Shown: piece by piece, positions 9,389 to 18,844 of the stretch
Numbering within the stretch: position 1 is the first letter of the stretch
Layout: each line of letters opens with the position of its first letter
IMG/VR virus record: IMGVR_UViG_3300025015_000009
Coordinates: 1 to 64,000 of that record
Source: a virus
Lineage: Duplodnaviria; Heunggongvirae; Uroviricota; Caudoviricetes
Length of the DNA: 64,000 nt
Strand: one strand, 5' to 3'
Made by a program: the position numbers and the translations under genes
The notes under the pieces: generated by a model
Told to the model about the DNA's origin: nothing
Database searches by the model: none
The model's input: the letters and a program-made list of their open reading frames with translations, nothing else

Positions 9389-10398
9389 CTCCTTCTTCTA
9401 ATTATTGTTGGACAGCCTTTCTGCCAACTTCTCACTACTAGATTAAGTATAACTATTTCGGTATATGATGTCAACCGAAAATAATATGGAATTTAACCAA
9501 AGTCGTCAACTATGCATTGAGTTCTCCTGCTATTTCCCCCGAACTGAAACCCAATGAGTAAGCAGCGTTAAGCAAGAACACGAGGCGGGTTACTTCTTCG
9601 ACCGATAGTGTTGTGGTTTGAACTAAAGTGTCTTCGAAGTAGATCCCAAAAACGGTTCGCCCAAAAAGAGAGGACCGCACTGGTTTAAGACTGTACAACT
9701 CTGGCGGGATGTTCATCAGTTAACTCGTTCAGGGTGTTTTAGAAAAAGTGCAAGGAGTGCCACTCCGATTCCTATTGCCCAACTTCCTGTTCCCAATCCA
9801 ATGAGGGTTGACCCGCCGGCCCAACAAATTAAATTAGCAATCCCGACAACACTCATAATACACCACACTTTCCATCGAATGGCACATTTGCCTTAATTGC
9901 TGCTGACTGTGCATTGTAACACGCAATACTCACTTGGGCATTTGCGTATTTTACTACCATCGACGGTAGCCCCATAACAAGACCAACACCAATAAGCATT
10001 ATAGCGAACCATTTACCTTCCATCTTGATCTCCTTCAACTTTAAGTGTTGTTGCCTCGTTTACTGTGCGAAGAATACATGCTCCAATTCCCATTGGAGTT
10101 TTGCTGCCCCAGGTTGTGTAATATCGATTTGGCTGATCCTCGATCTGTTTTAGATCAAACATTCGGATAACTTCTTTTCCGATCTCAACTAAGGCAGCGT
10201 CTGTTATGTTCATCACCGAACTCTCACTCGATATCCGCGGTCCTGCCAATTAGATGCCCAACCTGCCGCTGCATCTACAGAAGTAAACGATTCGCTGTCG
10301 AACAACACACCTTCACAAAATACTTCAACAATAATATTCTTCATATTAGTTCCTTATCATTAATTAACTTAGGTTTTGGATAGAATGGCGGCAGTGGA

Positions 10399-10806
10399 TC
10401 ACGCTGTACTACTGCCGCCACCAGTCCGCAGGAACTGTTTTTGGGCAGTAGGTGCGGCAATCGGCCGCAGCTTTGCAAGTTTGGCTTCCAGGGTCGCAAC
10501 TTTTACAGCACGGCGATTTTCAGCGGCGGCAACACGCTCAGCAGCGGCAGCAAGTTTAGCATCAGCTTTCTCAGCCCTTGCTGTCTTAGCAGCCAGTTTC
10601 GCAGTTGCTTTTTCTGCCTTTGCAGTATCGCGAGCAGTCTTTTCTTCTGCGCGCTTGGCGACAGCCTCTGCTTTTGCTGTGGTCTTGGCCAGTGTGCGTT
10701 CTGCTTGTTCTTTCCTTGCCCGTGCTTTAAGTTCAACAAGAGCAAGTTTAGCGTTTTTGATCTCTTGAGCAGTTGTAAGTTGAGCAGTTGTAAGTTGGGT
10801 TGTCAT
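10399..10806 (-). CDS. Ala/Lys-rich coiled-coil protein
   Basis: 135 aa, N-terminal TTAQLTTAQ repeat, then AKxEKAxAK heptads. Confidence 0.4.
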   Translation of the reverse strand: MTTQLTTAQLTTAQEIKNAKLALVELKARARKEQAERTLAKTTAKAEAVAKRAEEKTARDTAKAEKATAKLAAKTARAEKADAKLAAAAERVAAAENRRAVKVATLEAKLAKLRPIAAPTAQKQFLRTGGGSSTA

Positions 10807-10903
10807 TTTTTAAATCTCCTGTTTAGTTGGATTAGTTTCGTTGTTTTCTTACTTAACAAGGCATATTATAGACACTTTTGACCATCTTGTCAACCAAAAT
10901 CTA

Positions 10904-11224
10904 CTAGTGTGCAGGACGTTGACTATTGCATTCAGCACAGGAATGCGGGTAATATTCTGCTTTGCCATTAGTGCCAGCATCAATGATACATCCGCATGAG
11001 TATTCGTGCTTCGGTAACAAATCAGATGCCCATGCTCTGAAAATACCACCTTCGCAATATGAATTCAAATAACTACCACCGTTAGCTTTAATATACTCCT
11101 TAGCTGCCGATCGTGCCGCAACAATAATTGATTGGTCAAGTCCAGGGGTATCGCTGTATACAAAGAATTCGTGCAACGCAGATGATCGTAGTGAATCAAT
11201 AATACGAACTGGTAATTTCATCTT
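10904..11224 (-). CDS. Cys-rich hypothetical protein
   Basis: The track ORF is 10904..11272. The likely start is the MKLPV codon at about 11224, because the conserved promoter cassette occupies 11253..11287. Confidence 0.35.
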   Translation of the reverse strand, partial: KMKLPVRIIDSLRSSALHEFFVYSDTPGLDQSIIVAARSAAKEYIKANGGSYLNSYCEGGIFRAWASDLLPKHEYSCGCIIDAGTNGKAEYYPHSCAECNSQRPAH

Positions 11225-11252
11225 TTTGTCCTTTGCGCTATTTAATGTAACT

Positions 11253-11287
11253 ATTATACACTCTTTAACCAAAAAGTCAACCGAAAC
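11253..11287 (-). promoter_or_regulatory. Conserved sigma70-like promoter cassette (copy)
   Basis: Minus-strand reading: TTTCGGTTGACTTTTTGGTTAAAGAGTGTATAATA, giving -35 TTGACT, spacer about 16-17, -10 TATAAT. Confidence 0.55.
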
Positions 11288-11317
11288 ATACCCGTTGTAA
11301 CTAGTTGATTATTACAT

Positions 11318-11767
11318 TTAACTTAGTTGGATTGCCCTGGGTAACCACCGATACTGTGTAAGTCGTTCTGCGTCGATAACAGCGGGACTATCTTCTCTGT
11401 GCCGTTCGCCGTTGATGTACCACTCTTTGTGTCCATCGGGATATTCAACAGCAGGACCATCTTCTCTGTGGCGTTTGCCGTTGATCCACCACTCTTTGGA
11501 TCCATCTGCGTATATAGCAGCGGGACCATCTTCTCTGTGGCGTTTGCCGTTGAGATACCACTCTTTGTGTCCATCTGCGTATATAACAGCGGGGCCATCA
11601 TCCCTGTGCAGCTGGCCGTCGATATACCACTCTTGTCTGCCGTCTGCGTATACCACTGCGGGACCATCTTCTCTGTGCAGTTTGCCGTTGATCCGCCAGG
11701 TCCTGGTCCCGAACTCGTCTGTTGTCACAGTCGATTTAAGCAATGTTAAAAACTGGTCAGGAGACAT
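11318..11767 (-). CDS. MORN-variant repeat protein (copy 1)
   Basis: Five tandem repeats of about 23 aa, WY(I/L)NG(K/E)xHREDGPAVxYADGxKE. Confidence 0.7.
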   Translation of the reverse strand: MSPDQFLTLLKSTVTTDEFGTRTWRINGKLHREDGPAVVYADGRQEWYIDGQLHRDDGPAVIYADGHKEWYLNGKRHREDGPAAIYADGSKEWWINGKRHREDGPAVEYPDGHKEWYINGERHREDSPAVIDAERLTQYRWLPRAIQLS

Positions 11768-11826
11768 ATTAAGTCAGCTATTTGATGTAGCTAATGTTCA
11801 CTCTTTAACCAACCCGTTAACTACTA

Positions 11827-12105
11827 TCACAGTGGAGATATAATATTACTTGGCCTGTCTACCTCACTGCATGAGAGGATTTCGGTGACTCGTCCGTTTT
11901 TAATCGCAACTTTTGCTTGCCAAGCAATGAAATCTGGTGTCCACGGACCGGTTACTGTTATGACCCCTTCGTTGTCTCCGTAGCTAAACGGTCCACCACG
12001 AAACAAGCTGCCAACTGGTCCTGGCCGGAAAGTAGTTACGACCTTACCAGTTGCTACTGCGGATTCAAATTCGGCTTTTGTTCTAAAGTTTGGACTAACG
12101 TGCAT
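11827..12105 (-). CDS. Hypothetical protein
   Basis: 92-aa ORF. Confidence 0.3.
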   Translation of the reverse strand: MHVSPNFRTKAEFESAVATGKVVTTFRPGPVGSLFRGGPFSYGDNEGVITVTGPWTPDFIAWQAKVAIKNGRVTEILSCSEVDRPSNIISPL

Positions 12106-12123
12106 TGTGTTCCCCTTATGTAA

Positions 12124-13029
12124 TTAAACTTTTTTGATTACTGACATTGCTGTTGCAACCATTCCTGCAATATCTGATGCATTCCCTGGCAGCAACATTG
12201 TATTACCTTCTTTCGCAATATTACCGAATGCCTCAACAAACCGGTTGGCGACTTGCAAATTGATTGCAGTTAGTCCGCCTTTTTCTTCTGTTGCTGCGGC
12301 AACCCGACGAATTCCTTCTGCGTTTGCTTCGGCAAGCAATAGGATTGCTTGTGCGTTACCTTCTGCTGTATTGATGGCAGACTGACGCTGCCCTTCTGAT
12401 TCTCGAATTGCCGCAGTCATTTGCCCTTCTGCAATGTTAATCGCTTCCTGACGCTGCCCCTCTGATTGAGCAATCAATGCACGTTTTTCACGTTCGGCTG
12501 TAATCTGTTTCTGCATTGACGCTAATACCTGTTGAGGCGGGGTGATATCTTTGATTTCGTAGCGCAATACTTTTACACCCCAATTCGGGCTTGCTTCGTC
12601 TAGTGCAAAGATCACGGCAGTGTTAATTGCACTGCGATCCTCCAACAGCTTATCTAACTCACGTTTCCCACACTCAGACCGTAATGTGGTTTGTGCCAGC
12701 ATCGTAATAGCAGCAAGGTAGTTCGATGTTCCGTAACTCGCACGGGCCGCGTCTATCACTTGGTAATATAGAACGCCGTCAACTTGAACTTGTGTGTTAT
12801 CTCGAGTAATACATACCTGCGGCGCAATATCCAACGGAAACTCGGTAAGTCGATGTTTGTATGCAACTCGATCCATAAACGGAATAACAACATTCAAGCC
12901 AGGTTCCAGTGACCGATTGTACTTGCCAAATCGTTCGATTACCCACGATTCTTGCTGCGGTACCGTCTTAATTGCAAAAAACGCAAACATGATTGCAGCA
13001 AAGACAAGAAACACCATAAACACACCCAT
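12124..13029 (-). CDS. SPFH/band-7 (stomatin/prohibitin/HflKC-like) protein
   Basis: N-terminal TM segment, then ...VIERFGKYNRSLEPGLNVVIPFMDRV..., a typical SPFH core, followed by an Ala/Gln/Glu-rich coiled coil. Confidence 0.8.
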   Translation of the reverse strand: MGVFMVFLVFAAIMFAFFAIKTVPQQESWVIERFGKYNRSLEPGLNVVIPFMDRVAYKHRLTEFPLDIAPQVCITRDNTQVQVDGVLYYQVIDAARASYGTSNYLAAITMLAQTTLRSECGKRELDKLLEDRSAINTAVIFALDEASPNWGVKVLRYEIKDITPPQQVLASMQKQITAEREKRALIAQSEGQRQEAINIAEGQMTAAIRESEGQRQSAINTAEGNAQAILLLAEANAEGIRRVAAATEEKGGLTAINLQVANRFVEAFGNIAKEGNTMLLPGNASDIAGMVATAMSVIKKV

Positions 13030-13041
13030 GACACTACTCCT

Positions 13042-13449
13042 TTAGTAAATAACAACAATCGAACCAGCAAACTCTTTAATATTCCATATTTTTCTTGTTA
13101 TATCTAGCTCGGCATCAGCAGATAGCTCTGCATTCCACTCGGCTCCTCGGTAATACACTCTTGCACAGCCCACATCAGTCCATTCTACTATTGACACTTG
13201 TTGGTTAACATCGAATTGGAAATTACTATTACCGCTAATGTTCTTTGTTGCACATTGCACAGCAAAGACAAGCATAGTACACAATATCGCAGCGATCCCA
13301 ATTTGGCCTGTTATGTCAGCTCCGTATGCTGCTGCTACTCCTGCTGCCGTCGCACTGGTTGCAATTGCCAACAAGTAGAACGTACCAGTGTGCATCTCTG
13401 CGATAACCAGCAATACTGCAACTGTCCACCAAATCCAAATCATGTCCAC
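13042..13449 (-). CDS. NfeD-like membrane protein (partner of the SPFH protein)
   Basis: 135 aa. Two or three N-terminal TM helices plus a C-terminal OB-like segment. Lies immediately downstream of the SPFH gene, as in bacterial SPFH-NfeD operons. Confidence 0.6.
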   Translation of the reverse strand: MDMIWIWWTVAVLLVIAEMHTGTFYLLAIATSATAAGVAAAYGADITGQIGIAAILCTMLVFAVQCATKNISGNSNFQFDVNQQVSIVEWTDVGCARVYYRGAEWNAELSADAELDITRKIWNIKEFAGSIVVIY

Positions 13450-13660
13450 TACGTCCTTCTTTCTGAGTGTTCACGCCATACACGACAGAACATCATAGCA
13501 GTGTTGTGCGTTAACAACAGTGAAGGTGGACCATTTTTAAAATACACCCGCACGTTCCCTGGCCCCGGAGTTAGGTCTCCTTCTTCATCAATCTTTTCTG
13601 CATAAGAGACAGCATCTAAGTTGATCATCGTCGATGAGTGCTCTCCAGTAAAGAATGTAT

Positions 13661-14005
13661 TCATGCTGAATCCTTATTCATTGGTGTTGGCATCTCTGCA
13701 TTATATATAGCAACGATACCAGGATGGGTAAACAACTCGTTCCAGTCTTCGAGACGATGAACGAGGTATTCTGCTAGTTGCAGGGGTCGTCCTTGATACT
13801 CGGTTGCCACGGCTAAATCAATGAGTTCTTGTGCAGCATCAGACGAGGACATCTTTCTCAGCATGTCCACCAATACTGTTGGACGCATTACTTCGGACGG
13901 ACCTTTGTCGTCAAAACTGTATGTTCCAAATCTTGCTAGTGCCTCTCCAAGTGCAGAGAGGGCTTCAACTACAAAGATACTATGTTCAACAGGTTTACTA
14001 GTCAT
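13661..14005 (-). CDS. Hypothetical protein
   Basis: 114-aa ORF. Confidence 0.3.
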   Translation of the reverse strand: MTSKPVEHSIFVVEALSALGEALARFGTYSFDDKGPSEVMRPTVLVDMLRKMSSSDAAQELIDLAVATEYQGRPLQLAEYLVHRLEDWNELFTHPGIVAIYNAEMPTPMNKDSA

Positions 14006-14327
14006 TGTGTTCCTCCGTTGTGTTTAGTGAGCCATACGGTGACTCACTGGTTACTTCTTTGGGGTTAGTTAAGTTTGCAAGGTATTCCCTTGCAAACCGC
14101 ACCATCATTTCCGTATAAGTCTCATCACGTTCAACTTTTATATTAGGCCAGCCCACCAAGATGAAACGCATTGGGTTAGGTCTTTCATCCATAATAACTT
14201 TAGGCGTCAAGGAGGGCATTGCATTAACGCTATATAGAGTACCTTCTATAACTCCAGCATGACGTATTGAACCTGAGCGTTCTACAATATCAATACAACG
14301 CTTTAAGCGGTTATTAATCTCACTCAT
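13998..14327 (-). CDS. Hypothetical protein
   Basis: 109-aa ORF. Confidence 0.3.
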   Translation of the reverse strand: MSEINNRLKRCIDIVERSGSIRHAGVIEGTLYSVNAMPSLTPKVIMDERPNPMRFILVGWPNIKVERDETYTEMMVRFAREYLANLTNPKEVTSESPYGSLNTTEEHND

Positions 14328-14566
14328 ATGTTTTAATAAACCCTATCAAATGTGGAGTTATGCTAAAACCAACGACTCTGGGGAACAGGCCTGCGAGGTG
14401 GTGCCTTCCCAACCTAATGCAGAAACCTGCTTATCAAATCTTACAAAAACAGTTACATTGTTATAGGTGGATACCGTACCGTATTCACAATCGGGGTGTG
14501 TTTTATCACCTTTTGCGTAAGTGGGGATATAACAAACCCGAACCCCTGGAAGTGCATCGTCTATAT

Positions 14567-14776
14567 TCATAGCGTCTGTATATCTTTTTTAAGTTGTGAG
14601 TTTTCTGCAAAACGCTTGCGCGTTCTTATGTATTTCTTGAGACCAGCTTTTTGTCTTGCCTGCCCCTTGTGACCATTGGTAGCATCACCATACCCTGTGC
14701 CGTACTTTCGTAGATTCCCACCTACGTTTGGTCTGTCGTTATCTGCCACAAAGTTACGGCGATGATTGGTTTTCAT
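14567..14776 (-). CDS. Small highly basic protein
   Basis: 69 aa, Lys/Arg/Gly-rich. Confidence 0.3.
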   Translation of the reverse strand: MKTNHRRNFVADNDRPNVGGNLRKYGTGYGDATNGHKGQARQKAGLKKYIRTRKRFAENSQLKKDIQTL

Positions 14777-15077
14777 CTGAGCACTCTATATAGAAATCTA
14801 ACATTCTGTGTTGTCGAATCCCATCTGGTAATGCTGAGATTTCCAGCAACATATTCAATGTATTAACTTCAATGCTGATGGCATCATCGTTGTAAATTCT
14901 CCTTGCGCGGTCAAGCAAAGATTCCTGTGATTGTATTAACAAGTCGATGTCAAACATCGACTCAACAACGGATTCGATATACGTGGTTTCTAGTTTTAGT
15001 GTGAGACCACGCGAGCTGTGCGTTGGTCCGCCCATTGCTGCTAGACGAACACAATCTAAGATGCCGATATTTTTCAT
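14754..15077 (-). CDS. Hypothetical protein
   Basis: 107-aa ORF. Confidence 0.3.
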   Translation of the reverse strand: MKNIGILDCVRLAAMGGPTHSSRGLTLKLETTYIESVVESMFDIDLLIQSQESLLDRARRIYNDDAISIEVNTLNMLLEISALPDGIRQHRMLDFYIECSDENQSSP

Positions 15078-15078
15078 G

Positions 15079-15462
15079 TCACAGTGAGTTTGTTTTACTA
15101 TCGTCGGTTACACTCGAATTGAACGTTTTAATGTCTTTTCGATAGAACATAGTTTCACCTGTGTCGTACTTAAAGAGAAAGAACGGTTTGTCTGTGCTAA
15201 AGAACCACTTATAGAACTTTCTATACGCACCGCTTCTAGATGCCGTTGACTGTTTTGTTTTCCACTGTATTGTTGTTCCGTCGTTGAACGTAATAGTCAA
15301 GATGCTAGTGTACTTCGGTGTAGTAACGTCAGCAATTGTTGAGGTCTCTGGCTCTGATTGAATGTCATCGCGCCCGCCGTTAACATTGTCATTGTCCGCT
15401 GTAGTGGCAGTAAGCGGCAGCGCCAGGCGAACTACTCGCAAGTTCTTAATCCAGTTAAACAT
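15079..15462 (-). CDS. Hypothetical protein
   Basis: 127-aa ORF. Confidence 0.3.
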   Translation of the reverse strand: MFNWIKNLRVVRLALPLTATTADNDNVNGGRDDIQSEPETSTIADVTTPKYTSILTITFNDGTTIQWKTKQSTASRSGAYRKFYKWFFSTDKPFFLFKYDTGETMFYRKDIKTFNSSVTDDSKTNSL

Positions 15463-15464
15463 AG

Positions 15465-15830
15465 TTACCCTTTAATTGTCTTCCACTTACCGTTGTCGAA
15501 AATATATGCCCACTCGGCATATGAGTGTTTAAACATGTCAATGAATTCGTCTTGAGTACTATACAACTCAAACTCAGTGTCATCTTCGCCGCGATCCCGA
15601 CCGTAGAACACGCATTGATCGGGGGCTGGGTCATCAAACGAAGTAACTTCGCCGATCTTTGGTCCGATTCGGGACAAGTCGCCGAGGTTAACAAGTTCGC
15701 TGGCCAGGGCAGGGGTGTTGTAGTATGTTGTTAGCATCTTACCACAGTGGGACTGGTATCCGTCAGAGTGGCAGTAGATTGCTCGGATTCCATCGGCGCA
15801 TTGAACTGCAATATAAGCATTCGTTGACAT
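15465..15830 (-). CDS. Hypothetical protein
   Basis: 121-aa ORF. Confidence 0.3.
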   Translation of the reverse strand: MSTNAYIAVQCADGIRAIYCHSDGYQSHCGKMLTTYYNTPALASELVNLGDLSRIGPKIGEVTSFDDPAPDQCVFYGRDRGEDDTEFELYSTQDEFIDMFKHSYAEWAYIFDNGKWKTIKG

Positions 15831-15832
15831 AG

Positions 15833-16093
15833 TTATTTCCTGAAAGAAGTGAAACCGCGGATTGGTGACCTGTCACGTTGTTTTGAACTGCGCGTCACCG
15901 GTTTAGTATGGTACTTTGCAACATACGCATCAAAGAACGCCGATGCATCACAATCTTCTTCGAGATACACCGTTCCACCCTTTGTATACGAATACGGAGT
16001 GATTTTGTCTATTACTCCGAGTGCATCTAATTCAGAGCGTTTCACAGCCAACCAACCGTGCTCCGAATCACTGTGAAATACATACGTTTTCAT
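15833..16093 (-). CDS. Hypothetical protein
   Basis: 86-aa ORF. The conserved promoter cassette lies upstream at 16125..16159. Confidence 0.35.
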   Translation of the reverse strand: MKTYVFHSDSEHGWLAVKRSELDALGVIDKITPYSYTKGGTVYLEEDCDASAFFDAYVAKYHTKPVTRSSKQRDRSPIRGFTSFRK

Positions 16094-16124
16094 TCTTTGT
16101 CTCTGTTTTGTTATTCAATGTAGA

Positions 16125-16159
16125 CATTATACACTCTTTAACCAAAAAGTCAACCGAAA
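16125..16159 (-). promoter_or_regulatory. Conserved promoter cassette (copy)
   Basis: ATTATACACTCTTTAACCAAAAAGTCAACCGAAA. Identical to the copies at 11253, 22915 and 28604. About 60 bp is identical to the 28585 region. Confidence 0.55.
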
Positions 16160-16179
16160 TAAGTCACATGTACGTTTAC

Positions 16180-16626
16180 TTACGTTTTAGCTAGAGTGCC
16201 GTTAACCCACCACTCTTCTCTTCCATCTGCATCTACAACAGCGGGACCATCTTCTCTGTGCAATTCGCCGTTTGTCCACCACTGCTCAGATCCGTCTGTC
16301 CAGGCAACGGCGGGACCATCTTCTCTATGCAGTTGGTTATTAATGTACCACCTCTTTGTTCCATCTGCGTGTATCACAGCGGGACCATCTTCTCTGTGGC
16401 GTTTGCCGTTAACAAACCATCTGGTGGTTCCATCTGCGTATATAACAGCGGGACCATCTTCTCTGTGACATTTGCCGTTAATCCACCACTCTTTGGTTCC
16501 ATCTGCGTGTATCACAGCGGGACCATCTTCTCTGTGCCGTTCGCCATTAACAAACCATCTGGTGGTTCCGACGTCATCAACAGTTATTGTTGATTTAAGC
16601 AAAGCAAGTAATTGATTCGCTGTCAT
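16180..16626 (-). CDS. MORN-variant repeat protein (copy 2)
   Basis: Six WxxNGxxHREDGPAV repeats. Confidence 0.7.
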   Translation of the reverse strand: MTANQLLALLKSTITVDDVGTTRWFVNGERHREDGPAVIHADGTKEWWINGKCHREDGPAVIYADGTTRWFVNGKRHREDGPAVIHADGTKRWYINNQLHREDGPAVAWTDGSEQWWTNGELHREDGPAVVDADGREEWWVNGTLAKT

Positions 16627-16704
16627 ATATTAACTCTGTCTGTTATTCTAAGAATAGGTTACAGAAAACTGAGTCCATTCTCCGCCTCGGGTTTCCTCCG
16701 TTGT

Positions 16705-17058
16705 TTATTTCACAGTAAAAGTAACGGATGTTGAGTCCTTGATATACGTGTCTGCCTTCCAGTCAAAGTGTCCATCGTCAACTCTTGCTGACAGCACCAC
16801 ACCATACTTGTGTTTCCGAATTGTTGCTTCGATTACGTCGTTAACGTAAAGTGGTTCAGATGTTTCGACCGTTACAGTGCATGTCGGAAAAGTGTTATCA
16901 ACAAAGATGTTTGCAACATGTATCCCTTTTATCTTCTTAACGGCTATCGTTATCTTCTTGATTAGGTCGGCTAATATTGTGTTGTAATCTATTTGCATGA
17001 TCTCAGTCATAACTGCATTAAGTACAGCTATTATATATGAATAGACGTGAGAAGTCAA
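16705..17058 (-). CDS. Hypothetical protein
   Basis: 117 aa. Upstream lies TTGACT-17-TATAAT at 17029..17065. Confidence 0.3.
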   Translation of the reverse strand: MTSHVYSYIIAVLNAVMTEIMQIDYNTILADLIKKITIAVKKIKGIHVANIFVDNTFPTCTVTVETSEPLYVNDVIEATIRKHKYGVVLSARVDDGHFDWKADTYIKDSTSVTFTVK

Positions 17059-17095
17059 CCGAAACGTACATTACGTAAGTCGTTGATTATACTGG

Positions 17096-17773
17096 TTAAC
17101 GGAATCTCATTTGCGAATTAATGACTGGATCTGTTATTACTAACTGCGGTCCATATGGGGTTAAACGAACCATCACGTTGTCTTCATGAACATCGATGTG
17201 GGTTGTAGAATGGGTTGCTAGTTTTGTTATTAGCCGGCTGACTGCCCCAAAGTTCTTATCTTTTACTCTGTTACTCCCTGGCCGAGCGATAGCTCTTTCT
17301 AGTATTCTACCGAACTCAAATGCGTTTTTAACCGGACCTAGTTTATCAACAAAAATTTTGTCAAGCAAAAAATCGAGTTCTTCTACTGACATTGATTGCA
17401 ACGGCTGTAACTGTTCGAGGTTAACAATATAGTAGTCTTTGTTACTAACTAACTTATCCCGAGACTTTATATGCTTTATTGATTCGACCCTGGGCAAATA
17501 CGGGTTGTGAGAGGAATGTTTCTTGCTAAGTAAAATATACTGCATGTACGCATTATCTTGCAATTCATCTTCTGTAGCAACGATCTTTATAACTGATGGG
17601 TCAGACTGACTCTTAATAACAACAGCTTCCATGCCAGACCCCAATCGCTCGTGTCCGTCTAGTCGTTCAGGATCAAATCCTTTCGAACTATGTACTCCAC
17701 GGTAAAACGCAACATCATGCGGTGATGTTACCATTGGTAACGGAGCCTCAGTTACAAACTGTTTAGCTCTCAT
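17096..17773 (-). CDS. Protein-kinase-like fold protein with MRxxEFxTE N-terminus
   Basis: A Gly-loop-like GSGMEAVVIK with a VIK lysine, and an HxDN-type segment IDVHEDNVMV. The N-terminus MRAKQFVTE fits the recurrent N-terminal family. Confidence 0.35.
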   Translation of the reverse strand: MRAKQFVTEAPLPMVTSPHDVAFYRGVHSSKGFDPERLDGHERLGSGMEAVVIKSQSDPSVIKIVATEDELQDNAYMQYILLSKKHSSHNPYLPRVESIKHIKSRDKLVSNKDYYIVNLEQLQPLQSMSVEELDFLLDKIFVDKLGPVKNAFEFGRILERAIARPGSNRVKDKNFGAVSRLITKLATHSTTHIDVHEDNVMVRLTPYGPQLVITDPVINSQMRFR

Positions 17774-18017
17774 CTGATTCGGTCACATGACTTCCTACTA
17801 TATTGGCAAACACTCTCTTTGCTATGTCAACGACGTGCTGGTAGTTCCCGCCTAATTTAGAGAAAACAAGGTTAACGGTTGTAGTGAACGCCGACCGTTG
17901 ACCGATGCCTTGTTTAAGCATCTGGGTTAGGTGTTTCTCTAAGATTGCCTCAATCTCGTTATCTGACATGGACTCGGTTATTTTAGATCGTTCAGTTGTA
18001 AATTCGGTTGCTCTCAT
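17763..18017 (-). CDS. Small protein of the MRxxE[IF]xxE N-terminal family
   Basis: Begins MRATEFTTERS. Confidence 0.35.
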   Translation of the reverse strand: MRATEFTTERSKITESMSDNEIEAILEKHLTQMLKQGIGQRSAFTTTVNLVFSKLGGNYQHVVDIAKRVFANIVGSHVTESDES

Positions 18018-18038
18018 AATATTGTGCTCCTCTTCTAT

Positions 18039-18500
18039 TTATGTCCTAAGCATGTCTTGTGTCTTGAACCATTCGGTAACATCGTAGCACTCCCTCAGAG
18101 GGATTCCTAGCTGTGCCAGAGGTTCTTTAAATACGAAGAAATACTCTTTATGTTCTTCATCTGGGGTCAACTTGAGCTTCATTACTTCCCATTCGTATGC
18201 ATGGCACATCTCATGAGCAAGTATAGTAGTAAACCATTGAGCACAGTAAAACCGTCGGTCAAGTAAGATCTTGCAAGAGAGAGTATCGTTACAGTCATAC
18301 TGGACACATTGCCCCCAATATCTAACTAAACTACGATACAAGATCTGAGGGTTTTGATTTAGAGTATTGTTGAACACAATGTGGTTTAGTGCAGTGTACA
18401 CCTCATATGCTAGTTCGCGTGTCGGCTTAAAGACTAGTTTCTTTTGCTTTCTTTTACTCGGCAGTGGTGTTTCCATCAAACTGGATATTGTTTTAATCAT
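18039..18500 (-). CDS. SprT-like zinc metalloprotease
   Basis: HEMCHAYEW is the HExxH motif in the SprT/Spartan-like context. 153 aa. Confidence 0.5.
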   Translation of the reverse strand: MIKTISSLMETPLPSKRKQKKLVFKPTRELAYEVYTALNHIVFNNTLNQNPQILYRSLVRYWGQCVQYDCNDTLSCKILLDRRFYCAQWFTTILAHEMCHAYEWEVMKLKLTPDEEHKEYFFVFKEPLAQLGIPLRECYDVTEWFKTQDMLRT

Positions 18501-18562
18501 AAGAATGCTCTAGATATTTATCGTATCTAGAGCATTCTCTTGTGTTGTGTACTACTTACAAG

Positions 18563-18826
18563 CTAATCGTTGTCGAACGTTATACTCGACATTGGGTAAC
18601 CGGTTTTCTTCATCCAATACTCGATGTCTCCGTGCTCGTCGATGCAATTTCGCATGATAGTGAACCCAACGATATTACCGTTTTCAGCACGAATACACCA
18701 ACTATCTTCGTTGTGTTCAGTTGGTACATGCAACAACTCGTCGATTTGGTGTTCGCTTAACACACTGGTGTCTACAACAAAAGACGAACTGGAACTATTG
18801 CTCACAAAACCGTGTCGAATTTTCAT
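18563..18826 (-). CDS. Paralogue array member 1 (conserved 17-aa N-terminus)
   Basis: Begins MKIRHGFVSNSSSSSFVV. The C-terminus is unique and contains Cys. Confidence 0.5.
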   Translation of the reverse strand: MKIRHGFVSNSSSSSFVVDTSVLSEHQIDELLHVPTEHNEDSWCIRAENGNIVGFTIMRNCIDEHGDIEYWMKKTGYPMSSITFDND

Positions 18827-18844
18827 TTCACTCTCCTTAATATG

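Noticed and set aside
10376-10881. Plus-strand ORFs 10376..10768 and 10441..10881 (Ala/Ser/Cys/Phe-rich)
   Set aside because: They are antisense to the Ala/Lys-rich coiled-coil gene 10399..10806, a low-complexity mirror with no translation signals.
11399-11843. Plus-strand ORFs inside MORN genes (11399..11749, 11412..11843, 16196..16593, 23007..23309, 28731..29142)
   Set aside because: They are antisense shadow ORFs created by the periodic repeat. The same pattern appears in every MORN copy.
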